From a virus, in the IMG/VR virus record IMGVR_UViG_3300032251_000001, positions 32,001 through 96,000 of that record: DNA of 64,000 nt; one strand, 5' to 3'. Within the stretch, counting starts at the first letter, position 1; the number at the start of each line of letters is the position of its first letter. The notes beneath the pieces are model-generated. The model was not told the DNA's origin and did not search any database. It was given only the letters and a program-made list of their open reading frames with translations. This document shows positions 1-9,305 of the stretch, in pieces. The translations under genes and the position numbers were made by a program.

Positions 1-88
1 TCAAGATAAATTCCTACATACACTATAGTCCGTGTCTGCGTGTAGGCATAGTTCACTCAATCTTATATAAAACTAGATTAGTGAGGTA

Positions 89-271
89 ATGAATATGACA
101 AAAAAAGAAGCAAAAGAACAGTTAAAGAATGCTAAGTTAATAGTACAAAATATGGTTGAATTAAACAGTACTTTAGACTTTACTCCAGAAAAAGAACCTG
201 TGAGAAGAGTTAGAAAACTGGAAAGTTCAAGCAATTGTATAGTTGGCATTCTTGAAGTACTTTTATACTAA
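89..271 (+). CDS. hypothetical protein (60 aa)
   Basis: ORF with SD-like GAGGT upstream. Confidence 0.55.
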   Translation: MNMTKKEAKEQLKNAKLIVQNMVELNSTLDFTPEKEPVRRVRKLESSSNCIVGILEVLLY

Positions 272-378
272 TGAAGATATATAAGAAAAAGAAATTATTG
301 GTAGATGGCGACTAGGATGAAATACTCCTAGTTGTACGGACTTACTTTATAGGTTTATTTTTTTTTGTTTACTTTAGC

Positions 379-390
379 AACAAAATATTA
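379..390 (+). promoter_or_regulatory. late-type phage promoter AACA-N6-TA
   Basis: AACA-AAATAT-TA 32 nt upstream of the 422 ATG; matches the AR9 nvRNAP late consensus. Confidence 0.6.
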
Positions 391-421
391 AACTAAATAT
401 TTAGAAAGGAGACAAATTTTC

Positions 422-1762
422 ATGTTAAGAGACGTTGTAGATTTAGTTAAAGAACTTAAAAATATAGCAGATGATATTCCTGAAGATAAAGTAGCACTTA
501 ATCGTATCCTTAAAGCAGCGACAGGTGGTAATTTATCAAAATCTGTTACTAGAAGAGCTAAGAATAATCTTTGTCAGTTCCCATTATTAATTAGTAGTGC
601 AGCTGAGAAAGAAAGTGTTCCTATGTGTACTAAAGCTTTGGAGCGTGAGTATTCAACTCTGTTAAGATTCGTTATTGGACAAGATGATATTATTGATTTA
701 AAAAACTTTGATAAGAAATCTTATATTAAAAAGTTACACCAAAATAATAATATTCATCCATCAGCAAGTTATATTTCTGACATAAACGAATTTTTAGAAA
801 GTAACATAGTTATTCTGAATAAAGAAGAACTTAGACCATTTATGGAGGACTTTAAGTCTGGTAGTATTAATGATTTAACTATCAAAAATTATGAGGTTAT
901 AAAAGAATCACTAAAGATTAATAGTGATATTAATTATTATGCTGAAGCTGATGAAGAGATGACAAAAGATGAATTAGATTATCATAATAAAGTAATGGAC
1001 ACTCAACTTAAAGCAGCTCAACTTCAAAAGACAAACGCTGAACAGCAAAAAATTAGCAGAGACATTAAAAAGTTAGACAATGAACGTTCTAAGGATTATA
1101 AAACTGGCATCACTACAAATATTGTAGATTTAGATGTTAAGAAATCTAATGAGTTAATGCCTACCGTTATGGAAGTAATGGTTGAGTATAAAGCTGGTGA
1201 TACATTTAAAACAACTAATCTTTTATTAGGTGTTAAGTGTGTAGCACATGTTATACCTACTGAAGAGATGGTTTACTTTGTAAGTAAGTCATTAAGAGAG
1301 AATAGATTTGCATTTAGAACTATTCAGTGGACTACTGGTGAAATTAAATTCTGGAAAGACTTTGTATTATCATTAGATAGAATTAAAGCTGAAGCTTCTA
1401 AGAGTAATAAATCATCTATATGGTGGTCATTCTTAAGAGGTAGAGCTAAGAATTCTAAATTCAAAGGGTTACTAGGTAAAGAAGGATTTATTCCTAATAC
1501 TACATTAGCATTAACAATGTCAGAAGTAGAATTCCTTAAGAACAATGAAGGTATTGATTTATTTAATGCAAGTACTGCACATAAGTTAATGAATATATTC
1601 TTCTTATTAAGAGTAATGATATTGGATGATATTGATGAAGTAGCTTACATGTTTGATGAAGAACAAAGAACTTGGTCTCATTACTCATACAACCAGCTTG
1701 AAAAAGAGAAGAGTTCTTCTAATAAAGACCTTAAATCTCTTGTAAGCTTAATTAATAGATAG
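422..1762 (+). CDS. probable jumbo-phage virion (head) structural protein, 446 aa
   Basis: Long ORF, SD AAGGAG, late-type promoter, first gene of an operon with internal head paralogs; function inferred from context. Confidence 0.45.
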   Translation: MLRDVVDLVKELKNIADDIPEDKVALNRILKAATGGNLSKSVTRRAKNNLCQFPLLISSAAEKESVPMCTKALEREYSTLLRFVIGQDDIIDLKNFDKKSYIKKLHQNNNIHPSASYISDINEFLESNIVILNKEELRPFMEDFKSGSINDLTIKNYEVIKESLKINSDINYYAEADEEMTKDELDYHNKVMDTQLKAAQLQKTNAEQQKISRDIKKLDNERSKDYKTGITTNIVDLDVKKSNELMPTVMEVMVEYKAGDTFKTTNLLLGVKCVAHVIPTEEMVYFVSKSLRENRFAFRTIQWTTGEIKFWKDFVLSLDRIKAEASKSNKSSIWWSFLRGRAKNSKFKGLLGKEGFIPNTTLALTMSEVEFLKNNEGIDLFNASTAHKLMNIFFLLRVMILDDIDEVAYMFDEEQRTWSHYSYNQLEKEKSSSNKDLKSLVSLINR

Positions 1763-1773
1763 GGAGGAAAATT

Positions 1774-2712
1774 ATGCAACCATTTAGAAATATTGATAGT
1801 CTTCTTAAACCTATTCTAGTTCAAGAAGGTGTAGATGTTATTAAATATAACAAGTTAACTGAAAGTGATAAAAATGAAATCTCTAAAGACTTAGTAGCGA
1901 GAGTTTACAAGTCTATTAAAGACAAAACACTTCAGATAGATTACAGCTTTATTGAAAAGTCTAAAGGAGACATTACTAAGATTCAAAATTATGCAGACCT
2001 TGAAGGTTCTATTAATTACCTACAAAACATGTATAACAATGATACAAATGCACCAAAAGAAATAAATGACTTAAAGAAGACTCTAAACAATCTTAAAAGA
2101 TATACAAGAGACTTTACGACAGGATATAAGAAGAAAAATGAACTAGTTATGTTCTACTATAACAATGTGGTAGCTTCATTAATTAGTGCAACTTCATTTA
2201 TCATAGCAACATCTGTAGATTATATTAAGGACACTATGAAAGATATGAGACCAGTTTTCAAGGCTAATCTTAGTAAGAATAAATCTGCTAATTTATTCCT
2301 AGAAAATATTCGCTCATTCAATAGTATGGTTACTAAAGGTCATTTTAAGACTTTTGTAGATAATGCTAATAATGTGGATAACCTTGTAGGTCTGGGATTA
2401 ACTGCTTTCTTAGCTATAGCAATTGCTATATTCTGTATCCGTGATGCAGTATACATTTTCTTCTATAGTAGAAATAGTGTATCTGAAAACTTATTGAACT
2501 TAGCATATTTCGTTAACCTTAACGCAAATGCAGCTTCACAAAAAAATGGAAAAGCTAAAGGTAAACAAGAGAAAATTGCTAAACAACTAATTAATCTGTC
2601 AGATAAAATATCAGTTGAGCAAAAGGTATCTACTAAAAAAGCTGAACATGATATGAAAATTGAAGAGAATGATACAGATGCATATGTTGCATCAGACGAT
2701 GATTTACTATAA
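1774..2712 (+). CDS. probable internal head/ejection protein with hydrophobic segments, 312 aa
   Basis: SD GGGAGG; hydrophobic stretches VVASLISATSFIIATSV and LVGLGLTAFLAIAIAIFCI; acidic tail SDDDLL. Confidence 0.45.
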   Translation: MQPFRNIDSLLKPILVQEGVDVIKYNKLTESDKNEISKDLVARVYKSIKDKTLQIDYSFIEKSKGDITKIQNYADLEGSINYLQNMYNNDTNAPKEINDLKKTLNNLKRYTRDFTTGYKKKNELVMFYYNNVVASLISATSFIIATSVDYIKDTMKDMRPVFKANLSKNKSANLFLENIRSFNSMVTKGHFKTFVDNANNVDNLVGLGLTAFLAIAIAIFCIRDAVYIFFYSRNSVSENLLNLAYFVNLNANAASQKNGKAKGKQEKIAKQLINLSDKISVEQKVSTKKAEHDMKIEENDTDAYVASDDDLL

Positions 2713-2730
2713 TTAAATAGGAGGATTACT

Positions 2731-3651
2731 ATGTTTTTAAATGAAAATACAGATAATTCATATTTAGAAGGTGTTAATGAATTCGAAGGTAAATATACTG
2801 GAGAATTCGAAGAAGCATTTGAAATATGTCTTGAATCTGAAAGAGAATGGCATAATCTTGAAATGAAAATGACAAGAGCAGAACATACTGCAATTGTTAA
2901 TGAAGACACTGCTTTAATGGAAGGTGCTGTAGGCGACTTCTTTGCTAAAGCTAAACAATGGTTTATTACTTTAGGTAAGAAAATTAAAGAATTCTTTAAA
3001 CGTCTTATTGAAAGAATTGGTGTATTCTTCATGAATGCTAAAAAGTTTGTTGCTAAATATGGTAAACAATTAGAGAAGTTAGGTAACAATGAGATTAAAG
3101 GTACAATTAAAATGTATCCATCTATTGTTAAAAATTCTATAGACCTTGGTGCTTTAGATAGTTTAGGTTCTGATGAACTTAAAGAAATTGAAACAAAAGC
3201 ATACAGTGTTGAAGAAATTAGAGAGGAATTAAAGATTCCTTCAACTTCTGAAATGGCAGAAATTATTCTTGGTGGAGAAAAATCTGAAGAGACTATTACT
3301 TCATCTATTGTTAAAACTGCATTAGGAATTCTTAGAGATGAAGCTGTAATTAAGAAAGAATTAGCTCAAATTAACTCTGACGCTGAAAAAGAAATTAAAA
3401 AAGGTATTAAAGAATGTGAAGCTGCATTAAAAGGCAACATCAGTGACCCAGAAAGAAGTAAATTAAATAGAGTTGTAAGTAACTCTAAGAACTGTGCTTC
3501 TTTAGTAAATACAGTATTAGGTCAACTTGGTGGACTATATTCTAAATTAGCATCAAATTCACTTTCTATTTGTAAGAAGGCTTGGACTTCTAGAAAAGGT
3601 GAAAACATTAAGCAAAAAGGATATGAAGAGTCTGTACTTGACATGTTCTAA
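2731..3651 (+). CDS. internal head (ejection) protein paralog A, 306 aa
   Basis: Acidic propeptide rich in L-x-E sites, then amphipathic helix ALME|GAVGDFFAKAKQWFITLGKKIKEFFKRL, an architecture like phiKZ-type inner-body protein families. Confidence 0.65.
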   Translation: MFLNENTDNSYLEGVNEFEGKYTGEFEEAFEICLESEREWHNLEMKMTRAEHTAIVNEDTALMEGAVGDFFAKAKQWFITLGKKIKEFFKRLIERIGVFFMNAKKFVAKYGKQLEKLGNNEIKGTIKMYPSIVKNSIDLGALDSLGSDELKEIETKAYSVEEIREELKIPSTSEMAEIILGGEKSEETITSSIVKTALGILRDEAVIKKELAQINSDAEKEIKKGIKECEAALKGNISDPERSKLNRVVSNSKNCASLVNTVLGQLGGLYSKLASNSLSICKKAWTSRKGENIKQKGYEESVLDMF

Positions 3652-3733
3652 AACAAAATATTATTGTTAGTTATATATTTGATTTACGAGTTTATTTATT
3701 AAATAAGTAAATAAACTTGTAAACAAATATTTA
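3652..3733 (+). promoter_or_regulatory. two late-type promoters (3652-3663, 3722-3733)
   Basis: AACA-AAATAT-TA and AACA-AATATT-TA between the two paralogs. Confidence 0.55.
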
Positions 3734-3778
3734 AATAGTGTATACTAAAATTATATAATTTGAAAGGAGAAATATACT

Positions 3779-4678
3779 ATGTTTTTAAACGAAAATAATG
3801 ACTCTTATCTTGAAGGAGCAAACGAGTTTGAAGGTAAATATACTGGAGAATTTGAGGAGGCTTTTGAGATTTGTTTAGAGTCAGAGAGAGAATGGCACAA
3901 TCTTGAAATGAAGATGGCAAGAGCAGAACATACTGCAATTGTTAATGAAGATACAGCTTTGATGGAAGGTGCTGTAGGCGACTTCTTTGCTAAAGCTAAA
4001 GCTTGGTTCATTGCTTTCGGTAAGAAAGTTAAAGAATTCTTCAAGAGATTAATTGAAAGAATTGGTGTATTCTTCATGAATGCAAAGAAATTCGTTGCTA
4101 AGTATGGTAAGCAATTAGAGAAGTTAGGTAACAATGAGATTAAAGGTACAATCAAAGTGTATCCTCAAGTTGAAAAAGGAACTCCTTCTTCAATCGCTGC
4201 TCCTACTACTTTAATTCCAGATGGTAAGAAAGATGCTGAGGAAATCAGAGAATATCTTAAATTACCTACATCTACTGAAATAGTAGAAGAAATGCTTGGT
4301 GGAGAAAAGTCTGATGAAAAGATTACTTCTTCTATGGTTAAAGGTGCATTAAAGATTCTTAGAGCGGAAGCTGACTTCAAAAAAGGTTTAACTGCTGTTA
4401 TGACTTCTACTGAAAAAGCTGTTGCTGCTGGTATCAAAGAATGTGATTCAGCTAAGAAATTATCATCAGGTGACCCTGAAACTTCTAAGATTAATGATTC
4501 AATCAGTAACTTAAAGACTGTATCATCTGTTCTTAATAGTGTATTAGGTCAAATGGGTGGTGCTTATTCTAAATTAGCTTCTAATGCTCTTTCTGTTTGT
4601 AAGAAAGCTTGGAACTCTAGAAAAGGCGAAAACATTAAGCAAAAAGGATATGAAGAGTCTGTACTTGACATGTTCTAA
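3779..4678 (+). CDS. internal head (ejection) protein paralog B, 299 aa
   Basis: N-terminal ~125 aa and C-terminal SRKGENIKQKGYEESVLDMF nearly identical to paralog A; middle divergent. Confidence 0.65.
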   Translation: MFLNENNDSYLEGANEFEGKYTGEFEEAFEICLESEREWHNLEMKMARAEHTAIVNEDTALMEGAVGDFFAKAKAWFIAFGKKVKEFFKRLIERIGVFFMNAKKFVAKYGKQLEKLGNNEIKGTIKVYPQVEKGTPSSIAAPTTLIPDGKKDAEEIREYLKLPTSTEIVEEMLGGEKSDEKITSSMVKGALKILRAEADFKKGLTAVMTSTEKAVAAGIKECDSAKKLSSGDPETSKINDSISNLKTVSSVLNSVLGQMGGAYSKLASNALSVCKKAWNSRKGENIKQKGYEESVLDMF

Positions 4679-4690
4679 GATTAATAAATT

Positions 4691-4723
4691 AAAGAGTATA
4701 ATACATTATGTATTATACTCTTT
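4691..4723. terminator. bidirectional terminator hairpin (AGAGTATA family)
   Basis: 15-bp inverted repeat AAAGAGTATAATACA/TGTATTATACTCTTT between convergent genes, T-run follows. Confidence 0.75.
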
Positions 4724-4732
4724 TTTATTTCT

Positions 4733-6076
4733 TTAACTTGTAACAGGTAACTTACTAAATGCACACATTCCATTCATATTAAATAACTTAACTTCATTGT
4801 TATTAGTGTTAGATTCAAGTGAATATGAATATATTATATTAGTAAGATGATAACTGCCAGTGAATAACTTGTAATCTTTATTAGTGTATTCAATGTAATA
4901 ATTTTTATTAGGAGTTATAACATCTAAATCTAATCCACTTACAGGTAATACTAATTCATGAATATTTCTAGCAGTGTCAGTAATGAATTCCTCTTCATTA
5001 TATGGATTTGAATAATTATTATAGTATAATCTTTGCTTCTTATTACCTACATTACTATTAATCCCACCTTTAGATTCACTTGTAAGACCAGCTTTCCAAC
5101 TACCATCACCAGAACGGTTCTCAGGTGTTCCACAGTTGTTAGAAAGAAATTTAATAGACTCTCCCTTTATCTCTCTACTACTTACATCTTTAACTTCATT
5201 ATTACCCACAGTTGGTAATTCTATAACATATCGGTTATTAGGTTTATCATTAGCACTACCATTTTTATTCATACTTTTATCACGTTTATCATTTAAATAA
5301 ACATAAACATTTCTATGTTCCCCAGAAACACCAACTACTTCTTTGTTATAAACATCCTTTGATAGTAGATAATATTTATTAAAGTCAAAGTATATTCTAA
5401 TACCAGAACTATAAATACCATATACTTTTTGTAAGTATTCAATAGTATTAGTTAGGTTGAGACTTGGTAGTATAACTTGTTTGTAAACTTTAACATTGTC
5501 GGGTTTGTTAAATAAAAGTTTTTTACTAGATGCTACTCTACCGTAACAATAATAAATTACATCTTCCATAGTAACATTATTTAATATAGCACCAATTAAA
5601 CTCTTATTAACTTCAAGTAATTCTTGAGGCATCATATCTAATGTTATTTTATAATCATTATCTACAGCAGTTTCTTTATTTCTAACTTGGTCTACTACAT
5701 TCATATCCATATCTATAGGTAATAATATTTTATTATTAACAAACCTTTCAGACATGCTAACTGATGGTTTATCTTCTTCAGTTGCCTTACATCTTTTAAT
5801 ATTTATCTTAAACTTAATCTCTTCAAAATTTCTTTGAATGTTTAACATATCTGGTCTATTCATTATTAATTCAGCTTGAATCACTGGATATACATATTCT
5901 TCATATAAAGAATGAATAGTTAATCTAACTATTGCGTCTTTCAATTCTAAATAACTATTATCTGAATTAAATATACATCCAAATGATATTTCATACTTAT
6001 ATTGATTTAAGTCAAAGTTAATTGTATTATCATTGGACTGTGGACTACCTATTAAATCGTTATTACTTCCAGCCAT
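4733..6076 (-). CDS. putative baseplate hub-like protein, 447 aa
   Basis: Size and beta-rich C-terminus (LDLDVITPNKNYYIEY...GSYHLTNIIYSY) recall T4 gp27/gpD-like hubs; inference. Confidence 0.4.
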   Translation of the reverse strand: MAGSNNDLIGSPQSNDNTINFDLNQYKYEISFGCIFNSDNSYLELKDAIVRLTIHSLYEEYVYPVIQAELIMNRPDMLNIQRNFEEIKFKINIKRCKATEEDKPSVSMSERFVNNKILLPIDMDMNVVDQVRNKETAVDNDYKITLDMMPQELLEVNKSLIGAILNNVTMEDVIYYCYGRVASSKKLLFNKPDNVKVYKQVILPSLNLTNTIEYLQKVYGIYSSGIRIYFDFNKYYLLSKDVYNKEVVGVSGEHRNVYVYLNDKRDKSMNKNGSANDKPNNRYVIELPTVGNNEVKDVSSREIKGESIKFLSNNCGTPENRSGDGSWKAGLTSESKGGINSNVGNKKQRLYYNNYSNPYNEEEFITDTARNIHELVLPVSGLDLDVITPNKNYYIEYTNKDYKLFTGSYHLTNIIYSYSLESNTNNNEVKLFNMNGMCAFSKLPVTS

Positions 6077-6116
6077 TTAATCATCTCCTTATCAAAAAAA
6101 AGAGGAAGAATCCTCT

Positions 6117-6365
6117 TTAAGCTAACTTCTTTAACAATTCTTCTACAAGGTTTTTAACCTTTATAATTTCAACTCTGTTAACATTACGTGGAGTACCATC
6201 AGGTTTGTCAAATACTTCTAATTGATGGTTTATTGCATTACTAATTTCATTTACATCTTTATCTATGAAATCAAGTATTCTAGTATGTTCTTTTTCATAT
6301 ACCATAGTTTCCGTATGGATATTTCTAATAGCTCTATAATCTTTTTCTATTCTACTATTACTCAT
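6117..6365 (-). CDS. hypothetical protein
   Basis: Start moved to ATG 6365 behind SD GGAGGGTG; overlaps the stop of the upstream gene. Confidence 0.6.
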   Translation of the reverse strand: MSNSRIEKDYRAIRNIHTETMVYEKEHTRILDFIDKDVNEISNAINHQLEVFDKPDGTPRNVNRVEIIKVKNLVEELLKKLA

Positions 6366-7503
6366 ATTCTTCACCCTCCATTAATTCTTCCAAATGTATT
6401 GGATATCTTGTATAATACTGGTCATTGATTTCTCTTAAAGACTTAGCATCAATAAGGTCTACAATAGTATTGTCTAATTTCAATTTATCTGCAATTGAAA
6501 GGTGTGAATATATAGTTGGTAAATCTAATAAATTATAATTCTTTCTTAAAATAACTTTATCCTCATCAGATATTAATTCTCCAATATCATCTATAAAACT
6601 CTCTATATCATAATTGATATTTGATAAAGTTCCATCATTGATATGTTTTTGAATGAAGGTAGCTGCTCTTACAATACCCATTCCTTTAATACCATCCATG
6701 TCGTATTTCTTAATACCAGACATAGCTAATATAATTGTAATGAATGAAGGTAACAATCTTATCTCATCAATCTTCTTTGATTTAGAAAATTTCTTTAGTA
6801 AGTTATCGTTATCAGCTACAGTACTCTTATCACTTTTTGCAGACATAACGAACGTATCTTCAAAAGCTAAAGTATTTAGTAATTGTACATCATCATTAGT
6901 ATAAATAATAGAAAACTCATCTGGGTCTTGTTTCATTATAAAATGATATGGTACAATGTTAGGGTCAATCTTTCCAGTATTAAAGAAATGAGCATGTGGA
7001 ATGTACTTAGTTATCATTTCAGCAACTTCAAGATTCTTTCTAAGAACTCTATTAAGAGTCTTAAATTCAACAGTATCATCTACACGCTTAGTATAGAATG
7101 AGTGTTTATAATCTGGATGAAGGTCTACATGGTACTCACTTTTATCATGTGAATAATAGAAAAAGAAGTTAGTATACATTCCTTTCCTTGAATAAAAATA
7201 ATGTCTATAGTGTGCTATAAGATTAATTAGTTCACTTGATATCATAAACTTCTCATGAGCATTTATTGATGAAAACTGTTCCATAACTGTTGGTGTATAA
7301 AGGTTATTTAACATTGAATATACGTCAATAAATATATTAACAATTTCTTTATTCGGTGGTATAACGTGATTTAATAATTTATTCAGAGTTTCATACTTTA
7401 TTTTTTTACTTATCATTATCTTCTCTATATCACTTCCACCTCTATGAATGTCATCACGTTGTACATTCTTTTGTGGTGTCCTTGATAGTTTACGTATTCC
7501 CAT
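6358..7503 (-). CDS. flap endonuclease / 5'-3' exonuclease-like (PIN-type fold with HhH), 381 aa
   Basis: IFIDVYS acidic motif, YTND-D, helix-hairpin-helix DGIKGMGIVRA. Confidence 0.6.
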   Translation of the reverse strand: MGIRKLSRTPQKNVQRDDIHRGGSDIEKIMISKKIKYETLNKLLNHVIPPNKEIVNIFIDVYSMLNNLYTPTVMEQFSSINAHEKFMISSELINLIAHYRHYFYSRKGMYTNFFFYYSHDKSEYHVDLHPDYKHSFYTKRVDDTVEFKTLNRVLRKNLEVAEMITKYIPHAHFFNTGKIDPNIVPYHFIMKQDPDEFSIIYTNDDVQLLNTLAFEDTFVMSAKSDKSTVADNDNLLKKFSKSKKIDEIRLLPSFITIILAMSGIKKYDMDGIKGMGIVRAATFIQKHINDGTLSNINYDIESFIDDIGELISDEDKVILRKNYNLLDLPTIYSHLSIADKLKLDNTIVDLIDAKSLREINDQYYTRYPIHLEELMEGEEYE

Positions 7504-7511
7504 AATTCCTC

Positions 7512-7865
7512 CTAATATCTTATTACTTTATATGGTAATTTAAATCTATTTGCTACTTTAATCATATGTTTACTGCCATCACTTTTACCATCCCAGAATA
7601 TTATAACACCATCAGCAATTTTACCCATTTCTATATTTCTAGAATAACCAGCTCCATCACCAAATCTATTCCAATCTGCTGGAAATCTTTGCACTTCTAA
7701 ACCATACTCATCTGCAAAGTCTTCACCTAGAGAATCAGCACCTTCAGCACATCCAGATATTATAATTAAATCGCTACCAAATGCTTCATAAAATGGTATA
7801 ATCTTATTTTTTAGAAGGATATAATCATTAAATTCTCTTCCACCTGCAATAACTAGTTTAAACAT
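7512..7865 (-). CDS. SLOG-superfamily (YspA/DUF2493-like) nucleotide-binding protein
   Basis: VIAGGREFND, ISGCAEGADSLG, AGYSRNIEM, FWDGKSDGSKHMI; start moved to ATG 7865 (TAATG coupling). Confidence 0.85.
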   Translation of the reverse strand: MFKLVIAGGREFNDYILLKNKIIPFYEAFGSDLIIISGCAEGADSLGEDFADEYGLEVQRFPADWNRFGDGAGYSRNIEMGKIADGVIIFWDGKSDGSKHMIKVANRFKLPYKVIRY

Positions 7866-8020
7866 TAATCCATGAACTGGAAATAGAAAGCACATAAATC
7901 ATTCTTATGACATCTATGACAAAACTTAGGGTCAGTCTTTGGTTGGAAACCATCACATTTATCAAACATTTCTTTTAACTCTTCATCTGTTAATTTTACA
8001 TTTACATTATTTAAACTCAT
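7865..8020 (-). CDS. small Cys-rich protein (51 aa), absent from the ORF track
   Basis: MSLNNVNVKLTDEELKEMFDKCDGFQPKTDPKFCHRCHKNDLCAFYFQFMD; stop overlaps the next ATG. Confidence 0.6.
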   Translation of the reverse strand: MSLNNVNVKLTDEELKEMFDKCDGFQPKTDPKFCHRCHKNDLCAFYFQFMD

Positions 8021-8321
8021 AATCCTTCTCCTTTACACTATCATAATATGAATTATGGATATTTATAAAATCATCTTTAAGTAACCCATAAAAAGCTCCT
8101 CGTTGTTTATTTGTTAAGTAAATATTGTGACGACAGTCTAAATCAAATATGATTCTTTTACATACATTTTCATATCTATCATTATGTAATTTCTTATTTA
8201 TAGCAAACTTAGCTATTTTTAATATCTCTTCAGCTGAATATTTATATATAAACCTTGATGTAACAATTTTTAATTTACTAATTGGCATACTATATAAATC
8301 AACACACCTTAAATCTAACAT
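8007..8321 (-). CDS. hypothetical protein (104 aa)
   Basis: ORF coupled to both neighbours. Confidence 0.55.
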   Translation of the reverse strand: MLDLRCVDLYSMPISKLKIVTSRFIYKYSAEEILKIAKFAINKKLHNDRYENVCKRIIFDLDCRHNIYLTNKQRGAFYGLLKDDFINIHNSYYDSVKEKDYEFK

Positions 8322-8530
8322 CTTTCCTCCAGTCCATGTTCTTTAAACATCCTTCGAATTAATGGTCTTGATACTTCACCAGCTCTATTAGGTAATATAA
8401 ATGCTTTTTTAATATTATCTTTCTTATATTTAACATGTGTACCTGTTTGACTAACTTTTTCATATCCATTTTGAGTTAGTATTTTAACAACTTCTCGGTA
8501 TTTATAACCTTTCATCCTATCACTTGCCAT
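8315..8530 (-). CDS. hicA: HicA-family toxin-like protein
   Basis: YREVVKILTQNGYEKVSQTGTHVKYK...ILP...GEVSRPLIRRMFKEHGL matches the HicA G[S/T]H motif and size. Confidence 0.8.
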   Translation of the reverse strand: MASDRMKGYKYREVVKILTQNGYEKVSQTGTHVKYKKDNIKKAFILPNRAGEVSRPLIRRMFKEHGLEERC

Positions 8531-8548
8531 TATTCCTCCTAATAGTTT

Positions 8549-8812
8549 TTAACATAGTACCTCCAAATCCATTTGATTTAATTCTTGACATACATAGAAG
8601 TTCTTTGCAGGTCTAACTGCAAAAGTTGTAAATGTATATCTAGCACTATTAGGTAAAATTATTCCTAATATATTACACCTACATGCATGACATCCAATCC
8701 CACTTACACTAGTTACTTTAAATAGTCTACCAATATCGTCAAGTACTATCATACCTTCTTTAATTTCTAATTCGTTTGGTAAATATTCCATTTTATAATA
8801 TTCTCCTTTCAA
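8549..8812 (-). CDS. hypothetical protein
   Basis: ORF behind an early-type motif; true start probably MEYLPN behind SD GGAG. Confidence 0.55.
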   Translation of the reverse strand: MKGEYYKMEYLPNELEIKEGMIVLDDIGRLFKVTSVSGIGCHACRCNILGIILPNSARYTFTTFAVRPAKNFYVCQELNQMDLEVLC

Positions 8813-8851
8813 AAGTATAATATATGTTTAAAAGAAGAATAGACACAAGGT

Positions 8852-9106
8852 CTATTCTTCCATTGACGCTTCTAGAGCGTTTATAATACTTTCTAAACCT
8901 ATATCATGTAGGTCTTTTAATTTAGCTAGATTAAGAGTAGTTCCTTTACCCATTCTATCTTCATCTCTATTCCAATCACGAATATCAATAACAGGTGTCT
9001 TACTATTTCCCCAAGTCATAATATTAACTTCTTTTTGCCATCCTTTATTACTCTCACCAAGAGTTCCTAGTTGGTCTATAATTGTATATTTTACTTCTTT
9101 AGCCAT
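8852..9106 (-). CDS. YdbC/PC4-like ssDNA-binding protein
   Basis: LGTLGESNKGWQKEVNIMTWG...IDIRDW...RMGKGTTL is the YdbC signature. Confidence 0.85.
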   Translation of the reverse strand: MAKEVKYTIIDQLGTLGESNKGWQKEVNIMTWGNSKTPVIDIRDWNRDEDRMGKGTTLNLAKLKDLHDIGLESIINALEASMEE

Positions 9107-9182
9107 AATTATCTTCCTTTCAATTTTCAGTAATTTGTATTATTTTATTGTTGCATCAATAATTAAAAGTTAAAAAATAAAA

Positions 9183-9210
9183 AAGGTATACTAAATTAAT
9201 AGTATACCTT
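9183..9210 (-). terminator. terminator hairpin downstream of tRNA
   Basis: 11-bp stem AAGGTATACTA/TAGTATACCTT followed by a T-run on the minus strand. Confidence 0.7.
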
Positions 9211-9221
9211 ATAAAGATTAA

Positions 9222-9298
9222 TGGCTCTCCCAACAGGATTTGAACCTATGACACATCGGTTAACAGCCGATTGCTCTACCGAACTGAGCTATGGGAGA
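9222..9298 (-). tRNA. trnN: tRNA-Asn(GTT) with encoded CCA
   Basis: Cloverleaf: TCTCCCA/TGGGAGA acceptor, GCTC/GAGC D-stem, ATCGG-CTGTTAA-CCGAT anticodon arm, TTCAAAT T-loop, G73, CCA. Confidence 0.97.
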
Positions 9299-9305
9299 AT
9301 ATATA

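Noticed and set aside
308-335. Hairpin GACTAGGA-TGAAATAC-TCCTAGTT upstream of the head operon, as a riboswitch
   Set aside because: Single simple stem with T-rich sequence further downstream; more simply a terminator for genes upstream
2731-4678. DGR template/variable repeat explanation for the paralog pair
   Set aside because: Differences are not adenine-specific, both copies are full genes, and no RT is present in the window
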